NCBI GenBank assembly: GCA_900548975.1
Contig: URMS01000008.1
Location: forward strand, 13,397-77,396
Source: an uncultured Porphyromonadaceae bacterium
GTDB taxonomy: Bacteria; Bacteroidota; Bacteroidia; Bacteroidales; Muribaculaceae
Direction of reading: 5' to 3'
DNA: 64,000 bases
Positions within the stretch are counted from its first letter, which is position 1. Every line of letters starts with the position of its first letter. Position numbers and translations under genes: made by a program. Positions 1 through 8,896 of the stretch are shown in pieces. A model generated the notes under the pieces. It searched no databases, was not told where the DNA came from, and saw nothing but the letters and a program-made list of their open reading frames with translations.

Positions 1-195
1 AACGGCGACGAATGGAAAGAAATAAAACTGGTGTTCAACGGCTCCGACTCGCCCTTCGTGGCCAAGATTCCCAAAGGCGACTGGATCGTGGTAGCCCGCG
101 ACGGTCAGCTCAAGGCCGACGGCCTCGCCACCTCCAAAGGCGGCACCGTGGTAGTAGAACCCACCTCCGCCCTCATCCTCGCCCGTACCAAGTAA
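1..195 (+). CDS. 3' end of a type I pullulanase (GH13), truncated by the window start
   Basis: Frame 1 is open from base 1: NGDEWKEIKLVFNGSDSPFVAKIPKGDWIVVARDG...VVVEPTSALILARTK*. This resembles the C-terminal beta-domain of Bacteroidales type I pullulanases. Confidence 0.6.
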   Translation, partial: NGDEWKEIKLVFNGSDSPFVAKIPKGDWIVVARDGQLKADGLATSKGGTVVVEPTSALILARTK

Positions 196-216
196 TCTCA
201 TTACAGGATATTCTTT

Positions 217-254
217 AATCCCGCATGTCCTCTCACCGGATGTGCGGGATTTTT
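217..254 (+). terminator. Intrinsic terminator after the pullulanase gene
   Basis: AATCCCGCATGTCC-N7-GGATGTGCGGGATT stem (with G-U pairs) followed by a T-run. Confidence 0.75.
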
Positions 255-272
255 GTGTATCTTTGTATCCGT

Positions 273-3200
273 ATGGAAATGGATATCGATAATATATTTG
301 CCAATCATTACGGCTATTACGGTTCTCTTGGAGTTGAAACTGTCAAACAGCAGTCGGCCCAGTACCGCCAGGTTGAGGATGTTTATCAGGGCCGGGTGGT
401 GTATGAGCTTCTTCAGAATGCCATAGACAAGGCCGAAAGCAAAATCCGGATAGAATTACTGTGTCGTGACGACGGTAACTATCTTATTGTAGCTAACGAT
501 GGCAAGCCATTCACTTACGGCAGTAATTATGACTACCGTCACGGCAATACCCAGCGGTATGATTTCCAGTCGCTGTGTTCTATCGCCACTTCCACAAAAA
601 GTGCGATGAAGGATATCGGCAATAAGGGGGTGGGATTTAAATCGGTGTTTTCGCTCAACGACTATGTCGCCATATATACACGTGGCATGATTTATCCCGG
701 TGCTTTCAGTGCCGATGTGGATTTCGTGATTTATAATCTTTTTCAGACACCTGAAAGCCTGTCGTTTGTGGGTGCGGATATTTCCAGATTGCTCGCTTCG
801 GTGCGCGCCGAAAACGTCAATTGGGGCATCCCGGGCTATTATTTTCCCAAGAGGATAGATCGCAGACCCGAGTTTATCGGTGATTATTTCGACAAGGGTT
901 TTGTCACGGTTGTCTGTGTGCCTGTGGCGCCCGACAAGCTCGATATCGTCAGAAACAAAATATCGGTTCTCACGAACTATCAGTTCTATTTCATACCGAC
1001 CAAAGCTTCGTTCAAAGACAAACACATACTTCTTGAGACCGGCGGAACCGGTCTGACTTTCCATAAGGTTGATATAAAACAGTCGGATCGCGTTGTGTCG
1101 CGTCGGGTTTCTCAGAAAACTGTCGGTTTAGGTCGAGCCGCCGGAATCGATGTCGACCCGCAGGCAATGGTGTCCGTCTATTTTCGACCGGCGGACTCCG
1201 GGTCGGCTCAGGGCTCTCTCTATAATTATTTGCCGACCGAGATGATGTCGTTGTTTAAAAGTATAGATATCAATGCCGATTTCCATACCTCGGTCGACCG
1301 CAGACATATTGTACTGGAGGGAGACGAGCCCGTGGGCCGGTACAACAGGGCTTTGCTTGTCGAATGTCTTCAGCTTGCCAAAGATGCTTTGGAAGATAGC
1401 GATATTCTGCCTGAAAGTCTTTTTGACTGGCGATACGCAGAGTTCGCTAAAACAGATATATACGCAGATGTAATCAGAGAAGTATTTTTGGCCGATTTTC
1501 CGTCGTACGCATGTCGGGTATTCTGCAAGAGAATGAAGGGCAATGACAGGAATAACTATGATATATTTTACCAGCGCTTCCTGTTTGCCGGATTAGACCG
1601 CTGCCATTCTTATAATTATTCATGGTTCAAAGATAAAGTCATACTGACGGCTGAGATTATGAAAAAGGCAGGCGTCAGATTTTTACCTGATACTCCATGT
1701 GCGTCAGATAATATATTTTATCGGAGTGAATCGGTAGATTTATCGATGCCATCGTCGATACCTGTCGAATTTACGTCATATTCTGTAAATCATTGGAGAT
1801 GGGATGATTTCTGCACGGCAGCAGAAATTAAGAAATTTGAGAATACGAGTGAGGTCTACAGTCTTTATTGGCAGTGCCGTACCGACGGTTCTTATGGCGC
1901 CTGCAGCGATGCTATGAGCGAAGAAGAGCAGATTGAGTTGCTTGCTTCGGTCGCTATGCTGATGGCTGTTGAAAAGGACGGCTATCCCGATTGTGCGGCA
2001 TGGCGGTTCAATACTATCTATAACGATACATCCAGAACCGACGATCGCGCCCGCGGCGCTTTTGCTCTCTCCACGCTGTTCTATAAATCTAAAGACAGAC
2101 GCTATAGGCCCGGTCAGCTGCTGCACAAATCAGATATCGATGAGGAATTTATCGCTTCAATAGAGGAAAAAATCGGTAAGGAGAATCTAAGACCGCTGTT
2201 GTTGAAAACCGGAGTTTCTCTAAATAAATATACGTATGCCGACCTGCGTATTATTTCCTCGCTTGGCGATGGTCTCGAATTTATTCCGCCGACAGGATTC
2301 AAAGACCGCCTCAATCGCGATGAACTCTGGAAGAATGTCAGAATTTCTTTGGCTTCCACTTCTCTGCATCCTGTGAAAGTAAACGAGAATTACAACTTTT
2401 TCCATCGATGGCTTAGAAACGATAATAACAAATCGGATTTCAATGCTCTCTATGTCGGAAATTATGCGGCAATGCCGGAATATTATACCGGTATTCTTGC
2501 CTCATATCTCGGACAGATGGTTGCCGACGGGAGCCGTCGGTCTGAAATCCGGAGATTCTACAATAAATTTTATGCGGCTCTGCTTGAGCGCGATATAGTA
2601 CTGATAAAAAAAGGATCGGATTTAATGACCGGAACGACAGCTGCCGTTTTTTCGGTAGTGTCTGAGGAAAGCCTGCTTGGCGATGATGTCAGCCTCCCGA
2701 TACCGCTTTTGTATGTGTCGCTGTCGAATGCGAATTTGTCTGAAAAACTGAGAAACCGATATCTCGACGTCGATGTGCGGCTTGATGAAAAGACTTCGCC
2801 TGCAATGCCCGATTGCGGATGGGATTCTGTTGATAATTTTCTGACTGATACCGATCGCCAGGCCACTGCACTTGTGAAGATAACTCAAAGCCGTCTCACC
2901 GACACCGACTATGATAACGAAGAGAGCAGGCGAAAGTACTATGAGGCTTTCAGGATCCATACCATAGCATTTCATGAGACTCTCAATGTATATGGAATGA
3001 TTGAGAATAATCGCTATGAAATCGGTAGCATTCCTTTCATGATTTGCGACGGCGTGATACATGTCGGGTTAGCCGACAGCGAGGCTCAGTCGCGTAATAA
3101 TGTTGCTAAAGCGTTTTCCACACTTGTTTCGGGTGGCACGAGGCTTGCCGATATCTTCGAACTGGTAATTTTTTCGACGTGCTACGTGTCGGCATCAGAT

Positions 3201-3887
3201 CGTGAGGCGATGTTGCCGATGGCTGAAGAGGACGATGAATTATCGGACGGCTGTCCGCCGCCAATGAGCGTAGAGTTGCCTGAGCCGGGTTATGCCGACT
3301 ATCAGATTCTGGAGCCATTCGAAAACGGAGAAATGACTGTGACCGGTTATTCGTCGCATAATGTCTCGAAGTCAGATGGCAGTGGCAATTATGTATCGCC
3401 GGCGATGCAAAAGACCGGGTATGACGGTGAGGGAGTTGTAGCCGGATATATCGTTGAAGAATTTATAAAGGAATATCCCGACACAGAAGCGCAGAGAGAT
3501 GCGATATGCGCAATAAATGAATTCCTTTCCAGGAACGATATGCCGTCGGTCGGTATAGAAGACGATGTCTATACCCGCGAAAATATTCGTAATGCCCTAT
3601 GGTACACCAGGGGAGGAACGAAACCTTTTGACATCGTGACGTTGAAAGACGGTAAGGTGCGGTTAATTGAGGTCAAATCCACACGCGGGAATAACATTCT
3701 CCGTTTTACGAAAAGAGAAACAGTATTAGCCGCCAAATATAAAGAGAATTACGAGATTTATCTATGCGATCTGTCGCGCCGCATAATCCGGCCTTTGGGC
3801 AATATACTGCCCGACGAACCAATTTTGGAGAATGATTTTTACAGAATCGAACCGTCCGGTTTTGAAGTTGTATTGAAGGAAAGATAG
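273..3887 (+). CDS. Sacsin/NO VEIN-like GHKL ATPase fused to a C-terminal DUF3883 (PD-(D/E)XK) nuclease domain
   Basis: N-terminal motifs YELLQNAID, ANDGKPF, IGNKGVGFKSVF; later YNYLPT and INADFHTSVDRR; C-terminal PFDI...LIEVKST...FTKRE...YEIY. Start moved to ATG 273 (279 also possible) because a TATCTTTG -7 element lies at 258-265 and the upstream ORF extension runs through the terminator. Confidence 0.8.
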   Translation: MEMDIDNIFANHYGYYGSLGVETVKQQSAQYRQVEDVYQGRVVYELLQNAIDKAESKIRIELLCRDDGNYLIVANDGKPFTYGSNYDYRHGNTQRYDFQSLCSIATSTKSAMKDIGNKGVGFKSVFSLNDYVAIYTRGMIYPGAFSADVDFVIYNLFQTPESLSFVGADISRLLASVRAENVNWGIPGYYFPKRIDRRPEFIGDYFDKGFVTVVCVPVAPDKLDIVRNKISVLTNYQFYFIPTKASFKDKHILLETGGTGLTFHKVDIKQSDRVVSRRVSQKTVGLGRAAGIDVDPQAMVSVYFRPADSGSAQGSLYNYLPTEMMSLFKSIDINADFHTSVDRRHIVLEGDEPVGRYNRALLVECLQLAKDALEDSDILPESLFDWRYAEFAKTDIYADVIREVFLADFPSYACRVFCKRMKGNDRNNYDIFYQRFLFAGLDRCHSYNYSWFKDKVILTAEIMKKAGVRFLPDTPCASDNIFYRSESVDLSMPSSIPVEFTSYSVNHWRWDDFCTAAEIKKFENTSEVYSLYWQCRTDGSYGACSDAMSEEEQIELLASVAMLMAVEKDGYPDCAAWRFNTIYNDTSRTDDRARGAFALSTLFYKSKDRRYRPGQLLHKSDIDEEFIASIEEKIGKENLRPLLLKTGVSLNKYTYADLRIISSLGDGLEFIPPTGFKDRLNRDELWKNVRISLASTSLHPVKVNENYNFFHRWLRNDNNKSDFNALYVGNYAAMPEYYTGILASYLGQMVADGSRRSEIRRFYNKFYAALLERDIVLIKKGSDLMTGTTAAVFSVVSEESLLGDDVSLPIPLLYVSLSNANLSEKLRNRYLDVDVRLDEKTSPAMPDCGWDSVDNFLTDTDRQATALVKITQSRLTDTDYDNEESRRKYYEAFRIHTIAFHETLNVYGMIENNRYEIGSIPFMICDGVIHVGLADSEAQSRNNVAKAFSTLVSGGTRLADIFELVIFSTCYVSASDREAMLPMAEEDDELSDGCPPPMSVELPEPGYADYQILEPFENGEMTVTGYSSHNVSKSDGSGNYVSPAMQKTGYDGEGVVAGYIVEEFIKEYPDTEAQRDAICAINEFLSRNDMPSVGIEDDVYTRENIRNALWYTRGGTKPFDIVTLKDGKVRLIEVKSTRGNNILRFTKRETVLAAKYKENYEIYLCDLSRRIIRPLGNILPDEPILENDFYRIEPSGFEVVLKER

Positions 3888-3908
3888 TTTAGATATTATT
3901 GTATCAGT

Positions 3909-4469
3909 ATGCCATCGCAGTTTAATTCGTATATCGACAATATCGATACTGATTACTGGCGCGACCTTTGCATGAGCCGGGGCGAGTTGCGGCATTACGA
4001 CCGGGGCGAGGAATTCATCACGGCCGGTACCGTAGGGCTTTATATAGGGTACATCCAGTCGGGGGCGCTGAAATACGAATGTTATTCCGCCGACGGGTCG
4101 GCGCATGTTGTCGGTCTCGAATTTGCCGGGCATTTCGTGTGCGATTTCCCTGGCTCTCTGTATCGGCAGAAGTCGCGGTGCTCGATAGTGGCTACGGTGC
4201 CGTGCGATATATATTGCGTCGCGACGTCGTGGGTGGCCGGTCAAATGCAGCACGATGCCGCGCTCAAAGAGATAATCGACAATACCACCCGCGAGGTTTT
4301 CGCCACGCTCTACGACAGGCATGTCGATCTGTATTCTAAATCACCGCAGGAACGCTACGACGAACTGATTTGCCGCGACCCCAATCTTTTCGCGCTTTTT
4401 TCGCTCAAGGACATAGCTTCGTTGCTCAATATCACACCTACGCATCTGAGCCGTCTCCGTAGAAAATAG
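3909..4469 (+). CDS. Crp/Fnr family transcriptional regulator (cNMP-binding domain)
   Basis: cNMP-fold segment (YDRGEEFITAG...GYIQSG) and C-terminal SPQERY...KDIASLLNITPTHLSRLR, typical of short Bacteroidetes Crp-like proteins. Confidence 0.85.
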   Translation: MPSQFNSYIDNIDTDYWRDLCMSRGELRHYDRGEEFITAGTVGLYIGYIQSGALKYECYSADGSAHVVGLEFAGHFVCDFPGSLYRQKSRCSIVATVPCDIYCVATSWVAGQMQHDAALKEIIDNTTREVFATLYDRHVDLYSKSPQERYDELICRDPNLFALFSLKDIASLLNITPTHLSRLRRK

Positions 4470-4484
4470 CGTCATCGTCCTTTT

Positions 4485-4531
4485 TTCTCAACATTTGTTG
4501 AGAATTACCTGCGAACAAGCGGGTAACTTTG
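4485..4531 (+). promoter_or_regulatory. Palindromic operator plus Bacteroidetes -7 promoter element for the DUF6624 gene
   Basis: TTCTCAACA-TT-TGTTGAGAA at 4485-4504 and TAACTTTG at 4524-4531. Confidence 0.7.
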
Positions 4532-4548
4532 CCGTAAAGTTATCTGCA

Positions 4549-5424
4549 ATGAAAAAATATTTGTTAGTATCGCTGTGTGTGCTTTCCCTATTTCTGGCGG
4601 TCGCGCAAAAAGCATCTTTTTCGCGGGGCGATTCCTTGTTCGCATGCTATGATTACCCCGGAGCGCTGACTGAATATATGTCGGTATGTGAGGCCGACAT
4701 GACTCGCGCCATGGCTATGAATGCCGCTATTGCCGCCGCTCAGTGCGACAGAGATTCGTTAGCCGCGGAGTATGTATCGACAGCGCTGAAAGCCGATTCC
4801 GTTTTTTTCGACGAGCGGATCTCCGTCTCGGAATTATTGCAGGATTGTCGTCTGCTTCCGGTGTGGGATGCCTTGCAGTCGGAAAATGAACGGCGTATAG
4901 CGGCCGTGACGCAATATGACATTCCCCTCCGGAACCGACTTCTCGAAATATATCATTCCGATCAGAACCCGCGCGGACATCTCATCATGACCGGTAAGAC
5001 GCACCCTGAGGACAAGGAAACCATTGGGCGGTTATGGAAAGAGATACAGCACAACGACAGTATTAATCTTGGACTCGTAGTCGAACTGCTCGATACTCAC
5101 GGTTGGATCTCCCGATCGCTGGTCGGTACTGCTAATCAGGCTCTGTTCTTTGTTGTGCAGCACGCCAACCCGGATATTATCGATAGATATATTCCTCTGT
5201 TCGAATCCGCGGCCTTGAGCGGTGAAATACCTAAGGATCTTTTTGCCAAGATGTACGACAGGAATCTGATGTATTCGGGTAAACCGCAAAAATACGGCAC
5301 CCAACGCGTCCGCGAATCTCCGGACTCCAAGGCTATGGTTCTATGGAAAATCGCCGACCCCGAAAAAGTCAATGCATTCCGTCGCGAAATGGATCTCCCT
5401 CCGCTTGCGGAGTTTCCCGAATGA
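4549..5424 (+). CDS. Exported DUF6624-domain protein with an N-terminal TPR-like region
   Basis: Signal peptide MKKYLLVSLCVLSLFLAVAQ; motifs DQNPR, DSIN, HGW, FFVVQHA, AKMYDR...GKPQKYGTQ, VNAFRREMDLPPL. Confidence 0.75.
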   Translation: MKKYLLVSLCVLSLFLAVAQKASFSRGDSLFACYDYPGALTEYMSVCEADMTRAMAMNAAIAAAQCDRDSLAAEYVSTALKADSVFFDERISVSELLQDCRLLPVWDALQSENERRIAAVTQYDIPLRNRLLEIYHSDQNPRGHLIMTGKTHPEDKETIGRLWKEIQHNDSINLGLVVELLDTHGWISRSLVGTANQALFFVVQHANPDIIDRYIPLFESAALSGEIPKDLFAKMYDRNLMYSGKPQKYGTQRVRESPDSKAMVLWKIADPEKVNAFRREMDLPPLAEFPE

Positions 5425-5460
5425 ACCCCTGATCAATATAGACAGCAAATCATACTACGC

Positions 5461-5493
5461 GGCACCCCGGCAGTGATGTCGGGGTTTCCTTTT
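5461..5493 (+). terminator. Intrinsic terminator
   Basis: ACCCCGGCA-GTGA-TGTCGGGGT stem followed by TTCCTTTT. Confidence 0.55.
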
Positions 5494-5515
5494 ATCTCAA
5501 ATATTGATTATCAAA

Positions 5516-5547
5516 TTTGCGAATTTGCAAAACTCTCTGTATCTTTG
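5516..5547 (+). promoter_or_regulatory. Bacteroidetes sigma-A promoter of higBA
   Basis: TTTG (5516-5519), 20-nt spacer, TATCTTTG (5540-5547). Confidence 0.65.
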
Positions 5548-5570
5548 CATTGTTTTCAATAATGACAGAC

Positions 5571-5888
5571 ATGATAGTCACATTTGAGTATGAATATCTT
5601 AAAGTCCTGTATGAGGATGGCAGAAGCCCGGATAAGAAGCACCGCTTTCAGCCGGATATAATCAGACGTTATCAGAAAGCAATTAACTTCTTGAAAGGAG
5701 CCTCTTGTATCGAGGCATTATGGCCAATCCGCTCACTGCAGTATGAAGTACTATCCGGTGATAAGGCCGGACTCTCGTCTGTAAGAGTCAACGATCAATA
5801 TCGGATAGAATTTTCAGTAACAATTAATGAGAAAGAACCAATACTGACTATCTGCAATGTCGTTGAATTGTCGAACCATTATAAATGA
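5571..5888 (+). CDS. higB: HigB-like RelE/ParE toxin (plasmid maintenance system killer family)
   Basis: MIVTFEYEYLKVLY...SLQYEVLSGDKAGLSSVRVNDQYRIEF...ELSNHY; toxin gene precedes the antitoxin. Confidence 0.85.
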   Translation: MIVTFEYEYLKVLYEDGRSPDKKHRFQPDIIRRYQKAINFLKGASCIEALWPIRSLQYEVLSGDKAGLSSVRVNDQYRIEFSVTINEKEPILTICNVVELSNHYK

Positions 5889-6241
5889 TGGATATGGAAG
5901 TAAAAGTTGAAGGGGTTGCACCCAATATGATAGCCAATAATCTGACTCCGAGCAATGCAATCCATCCGGGAGAAATGATAAAGGATGAGATTGAGTTCAG
6001 AGGAATTTCACAGAAAGCTTTGGCGGCAGAGATCGGTCTGCCGGCCTCGGTACTGAACGAGGTTCTTAATGGCAAAAGAGCCGTCACGACGGAATATGCC
6101 CTGCTGCTTGAAGCTGCACTTGGCATAGAAGCCGACCTGTGGCTGAAGTTGCAGTCGGATTATAACAAACAGATTGCGAAATCGGATCCTTCATTCATGT
6201 CACGACTCGAAAAGATCCGTCGCGTGGCTGCATTTCTCTAA
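5885..6241 (+). CDS. higA: HigA family antitoxin (Xre HTH)
   Basis: IHPGEMIKDEI...ISQKALA...LNEVLNGKRAVT...LWLKLQSDY; abuts higB. Confidence 0.9.
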   Translation: MMDMEVKVEGVAPNMIANNLTPSNAIHPGEMIKDEIEFRGISQKALAAEIGLPASVLNEVLNGKRAVTTEYALLLEAALGIEADLWLKLQSDYNKQIAKSDPSFMSRLEKIRRVAAFL

Positions 6242-6265
6242 ATAAAGAGCGGCTTTCTCCGTCTG

Positions 6266-6793
6266 TCAGGATGAGTGGCGGGCGTGGGCGGTGGCCAGGC
6301 GGCAGCGGGCGTATTCCAACTCGAAGTTGGGGGTGAAGATGCCTTTGCCGAGGCTGCTTTCGATTTCGGCGATGGTCCAGAAGCGGCCGCCGTCGAGTTC
6401 TTCGGAGGGGCACGGGGCGGAGGTGACAACGGTTATGAATACGTTGACCAACTCTTTCTCGCGCGACGACTCGAATACATAGCGGTCGATAAATACGGGC
6501 GAGAAATCCTCGAGACCGAGTTCCTCGCGGGCCTCGCGGCGAAGTGCGTCGGCCAGTTCCTCGCCATAGTCCATGTGGCCGCCAACGGCAGTGTCCCACT
6601 TTCCGGGCTGTATGTCCTTCCATTCGGGGCGTTTTTGTAGGTACAGACGTCCCTGACGGTCGAAGACATGGAGATGGACCACGGGGTGGAGTAGTTTCGA
6701 GCCGCTGTGGCACTCGCCGCGCGTTGCCTTGCCTGTCACGTTGCCGTCGGGGTCTACTATCGGAAATATTTCCTGTGCGTTGTCAGATGTCAT
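6266..6793 (-). CDS. NUDIX hydrolase (IDI-like / YfcD subfamily)
   Basis: LHPVVHLHVF, LQKR, WDTAVGGH...GE...ALRREAREELG NUDIX box. Confidence 0.9.
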   Translation of the reverse strand: MTSDNAQEIFPIVDPDGNVTGKATRGECHSGSKLLHPVVHLHVFDRQGRLYLQKRPEWKDIQPGKWDTAVGGHMDYGEELADALRREAREELGLEDFSPVFIDRYVFESSREKELVNVFITVVTSAPCPSEELDGGRFWTIAEIESSLGKGIFTPNFELEYARCRLATAHARHSS

Positions 6794-6823
6794 GATCGTT
6801 TGCTTTTTGCGCAAAGTTACAAA

Positions 6824-7522
6824 TTATATGTCGTATCCCATGAGCCGGAGGATGAGCGGGGCGAGCAGGGTAGTGAGCAGGCCGTTGAGCGTGAGACCCA
6901 GCGACGAGAAGGCACCGTAGCGGTCGCTGCGTTCCATGGCGGCCGATGTGCCGACGGCGTGGGCAGCTGTGCCTATCGACAGTCCTGTAGCCATCGGGCT
7001 TTTCACATGGCCGAGTTTTACTATCCGGAAGCCCGTCATGCCGCCGAATATGCCGGTGGACACTACCACTGCGGCCGTAAGAGGAGGTATTCCGCCGACC
7101 GACTGCGCTATTTCCATGGCTATGGGTGTGGTTACCGCTTTCGGAGCCAGCGACATCACCACTTCGCGCGTGGCGCCGAAGAGTTCTGCAAAGATAACCA
7201 CCGATACCACTCCGGCCACACAGCCGGCCATTTCGGCTATCAGTAGCGGCAGCATCTGTTTCTTTATGGTTTCGAGCTGTTTGTAGAGGGGCACTCCGAG
7301 AGCCACTACCGCCGGTTTGAGCCACATGTCGATATAACTGCCGGCCTCCTGATAGGTGCCGAAATCGATTCCTAAACCGGCAAGGAGGCACACCATCACA
7401 GCTATGGATATGAGAATAGGGTTGAGCATGCGGATGCCGGTACGCCGCTGAAGATACTGAGCCCCGATAAAACTGATGAAAGTGAGGGCAATCAGGAAAA
7501 ATTTATTGGTAAGAAACTCCAT
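6824..7522 (-). CDS. lrgB: LrgB family membrane protein
   Basis: PAVVALGVPLY, SLAPKAVTTPIAM, GTAAHAVGT motifs. Confidence 0.92.
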   Translation of the reverse strand: MEFLTNKFFLIALTFISFIGAQYLQRRTGIRMLNPILISIAVMVCLLAGLGIDFGTYQEAGSYIDMWLKPAVVALGVPLYKQLETIKKQMLPLLIAEMAGCVAGVVSVVIFAELFGATREVVMSLAPKAVTTPIAMEIAQSVGGIPPLTAAVVVSTGIFGGMTGFRIVKLGHVKSPMATGLSIGTAAHAVGTSAAMERSDRYGAFSSLGLTLNGLLTTLLAPLILRLMGYDI

Positions 7523-7526
7523 GACG

Positions 7527-7904
7527 TCAGGCCGATTTTACCGCACGGCGGCGTTTGAGATTGATAAGCCGGTTGTGGCGCGCCCATTGGTGTACCCGTC
7601 CTGTCACTACAATTATGACAATGGTGCTGAGCACGCACGAAGCTATGATGGGCCACCACTGTTCGCGCAGGATTCCGAGGCAGTTCATTATGCCAATGCC
7701 TGCCGGCACGAAGAAAAATCCGAGATTATGCACAAGAAAATCTGCCACCCGCTCCACATGCCGGAGCTTGACAATACCGGTCTTCAGAGATGCCGCAAGT
7801 GCGACCATGCCAATGACACTCGATGGCAGCGGTACACCCGTAAGCCATACAATCAGCTCACCCAGAGCCAGAAAGGCGAATAATACGCCACATTGAACAA
7901 ACAT
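7527..7904 (-). CDS. lrgA: CidA/LrgA family protein
   Basis: LGE...PLPSSVIGM...FFFVPAGIGIM; directly upstream of lrgB. Start is uncertain (7904 or 7937). Confidence 0.88.
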   Translation of the reverse strand: MFVQCGVLFAFLALGELIVWLTGVPLPSSVIGMVALAASLKTGIVKLRHVERVADFLVHNLGFFFVPAGIGIMNCLGILREQWWPIIASCVLSTIVIIVVTGRVHQWARHNRLINLKRRRAVKSA

Positions 7905-8050
7905 AAAATCTTTTTTACCTAATATGTTATTAAGCAACCTCTAAAATCGACCGCAAAGTTATAGCTTTTTTGCACAAAAAAAGAAATCGGCGTTGTAAAA
8001 AGTCGGTTCGCGATTGTTTATACAGAAAAAACTGCATAAAAACGATATCT

Positions 8051-8272
8051 ATGGAATTTCTGATTTACGTTGGTGTGGCTGCAAATGTCGTCGGGGCATT
8101 GATGTTGCTTGCATTTGGCATCCGGTACATGATGGCAATGCGGCGTGCCGAGCGAATGCCGCTACGTGAGGCACAGCTGAAAGCCGACTGGGGCCGGTGG
8201 CACAACATCGGCTTCGGTCTCATCATCGGCGGCGCCTCCCTGGCCTGCATCGCCGCCCTAGCTTCCACCTGA
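8051..8272 (+). CDS. Small hypothetical membrane protein (2 TM)
   Basis: MEFLIYVGVAANVVGALMLLAFGIRY...GFGLIIGGASLACIAALAST; two hydrophobic segments after an AT-rich leader. Confidence 0.55.
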   Translation: MEFLIYVGVAANVVGALMLLAFGIRYMMAMRRAERMPLREAQLKADWGRWHNIGFGLIIGGASLACIAALAST

Positions 8273-8301
8273 ATATGAGGATATGCTGCAGGTAGAAAAG
8301 A

Positions 8302-8344
8302 AAAATCCGCAAGAGATTGATGTTTCAATCAACTTGCGGATTTT
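8302..8344. terminator. Bidirectional terminator between the small ORF and tRNA-Leu
   Basis: AAAATCCGCAAG..GATTGA-TGTT-TCAATC..CTTGCGGATTTT inverted repeat flanked by A and T tracts. Confidence 0.7.
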
Positions 8345-8347
8345 CAG

Positions 8348-8431
8348 TGTCCGAGATGAGATTCGAACTCACACAGCCGAACGGCCACTACCCCCTCAAA
8401 GTAGCGTGTCTACCAATTCCACCACCCGGAC
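8348..8431 (-). tRNA. tRNA-Leu (anticodon GAG)
   Basis: Reverse complement GTCCGGGTGGTGGAATTGGTAGACACGCTACTTTGAGGGGGTAG...GTTCGAATC...CTCGGACA; long variable arm; anticodon loop TT-GAG-GG. Confidence 0.95.
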
Positions 8432-8464
8432 GAATTGAGCTGAGAGCATCGGGGAGAGTCTTTG

Positions 8465-8537
<73 letters not shown>

Positions 8538-8605
8538 ATGTTGCGAATAGTATTGGTTTTGCTCTTCAGCTTGTAAATGAGATATTTGAATGTTCTCTTT
8601 TTTTG

Positions 8606-8678
<73 letters not shown>

Positions 8679-8703
8679 GTTGGTGTTTTTCTCATTTGCG
8701 ATG

Positions 8704-8735
8704 CAAAGTTAGGCACTATTGTGGAACTGACCAAA
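8704..8735 (-). promoter_or_regulatory. Promoter of the tRNA Gly-Gly-Leu operon
   Basis: Minus-strand TTTG (8735-8732), 20-nt spacer, TAACTTTG (8711-8704). Confidence 0.7.
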
Positions 8736-8896
8736 TATTTCGGCAACTTTTTTCAAGAAAATTGCACTTTATTTTACAATCCGTTGTGTGCTAAGTGTGT
8801 AGCCGCGGTATCCAAAAACGCCGTTTGGGCACTCTCAAGGCCGTATTTGTGTTTTATGACCGTTTTTTTTAATTTTGCTGCAAATAAAACGACGAT

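Noticed and set aside
225..272. N-terminal extension of the 1220-aa ORF
   Set aside because: It overlaps the upstream terminator and the -7 element, so ATG 273 or 279 is more plausible.
258..8431. tRNA-Leu-anchored integrative element containing the accessory block
   Set aside because: No integrase and no duplicated tRNA 3' end were seen, and core-like NUDIX/lrgAB genes lie between the block and the tRNA.
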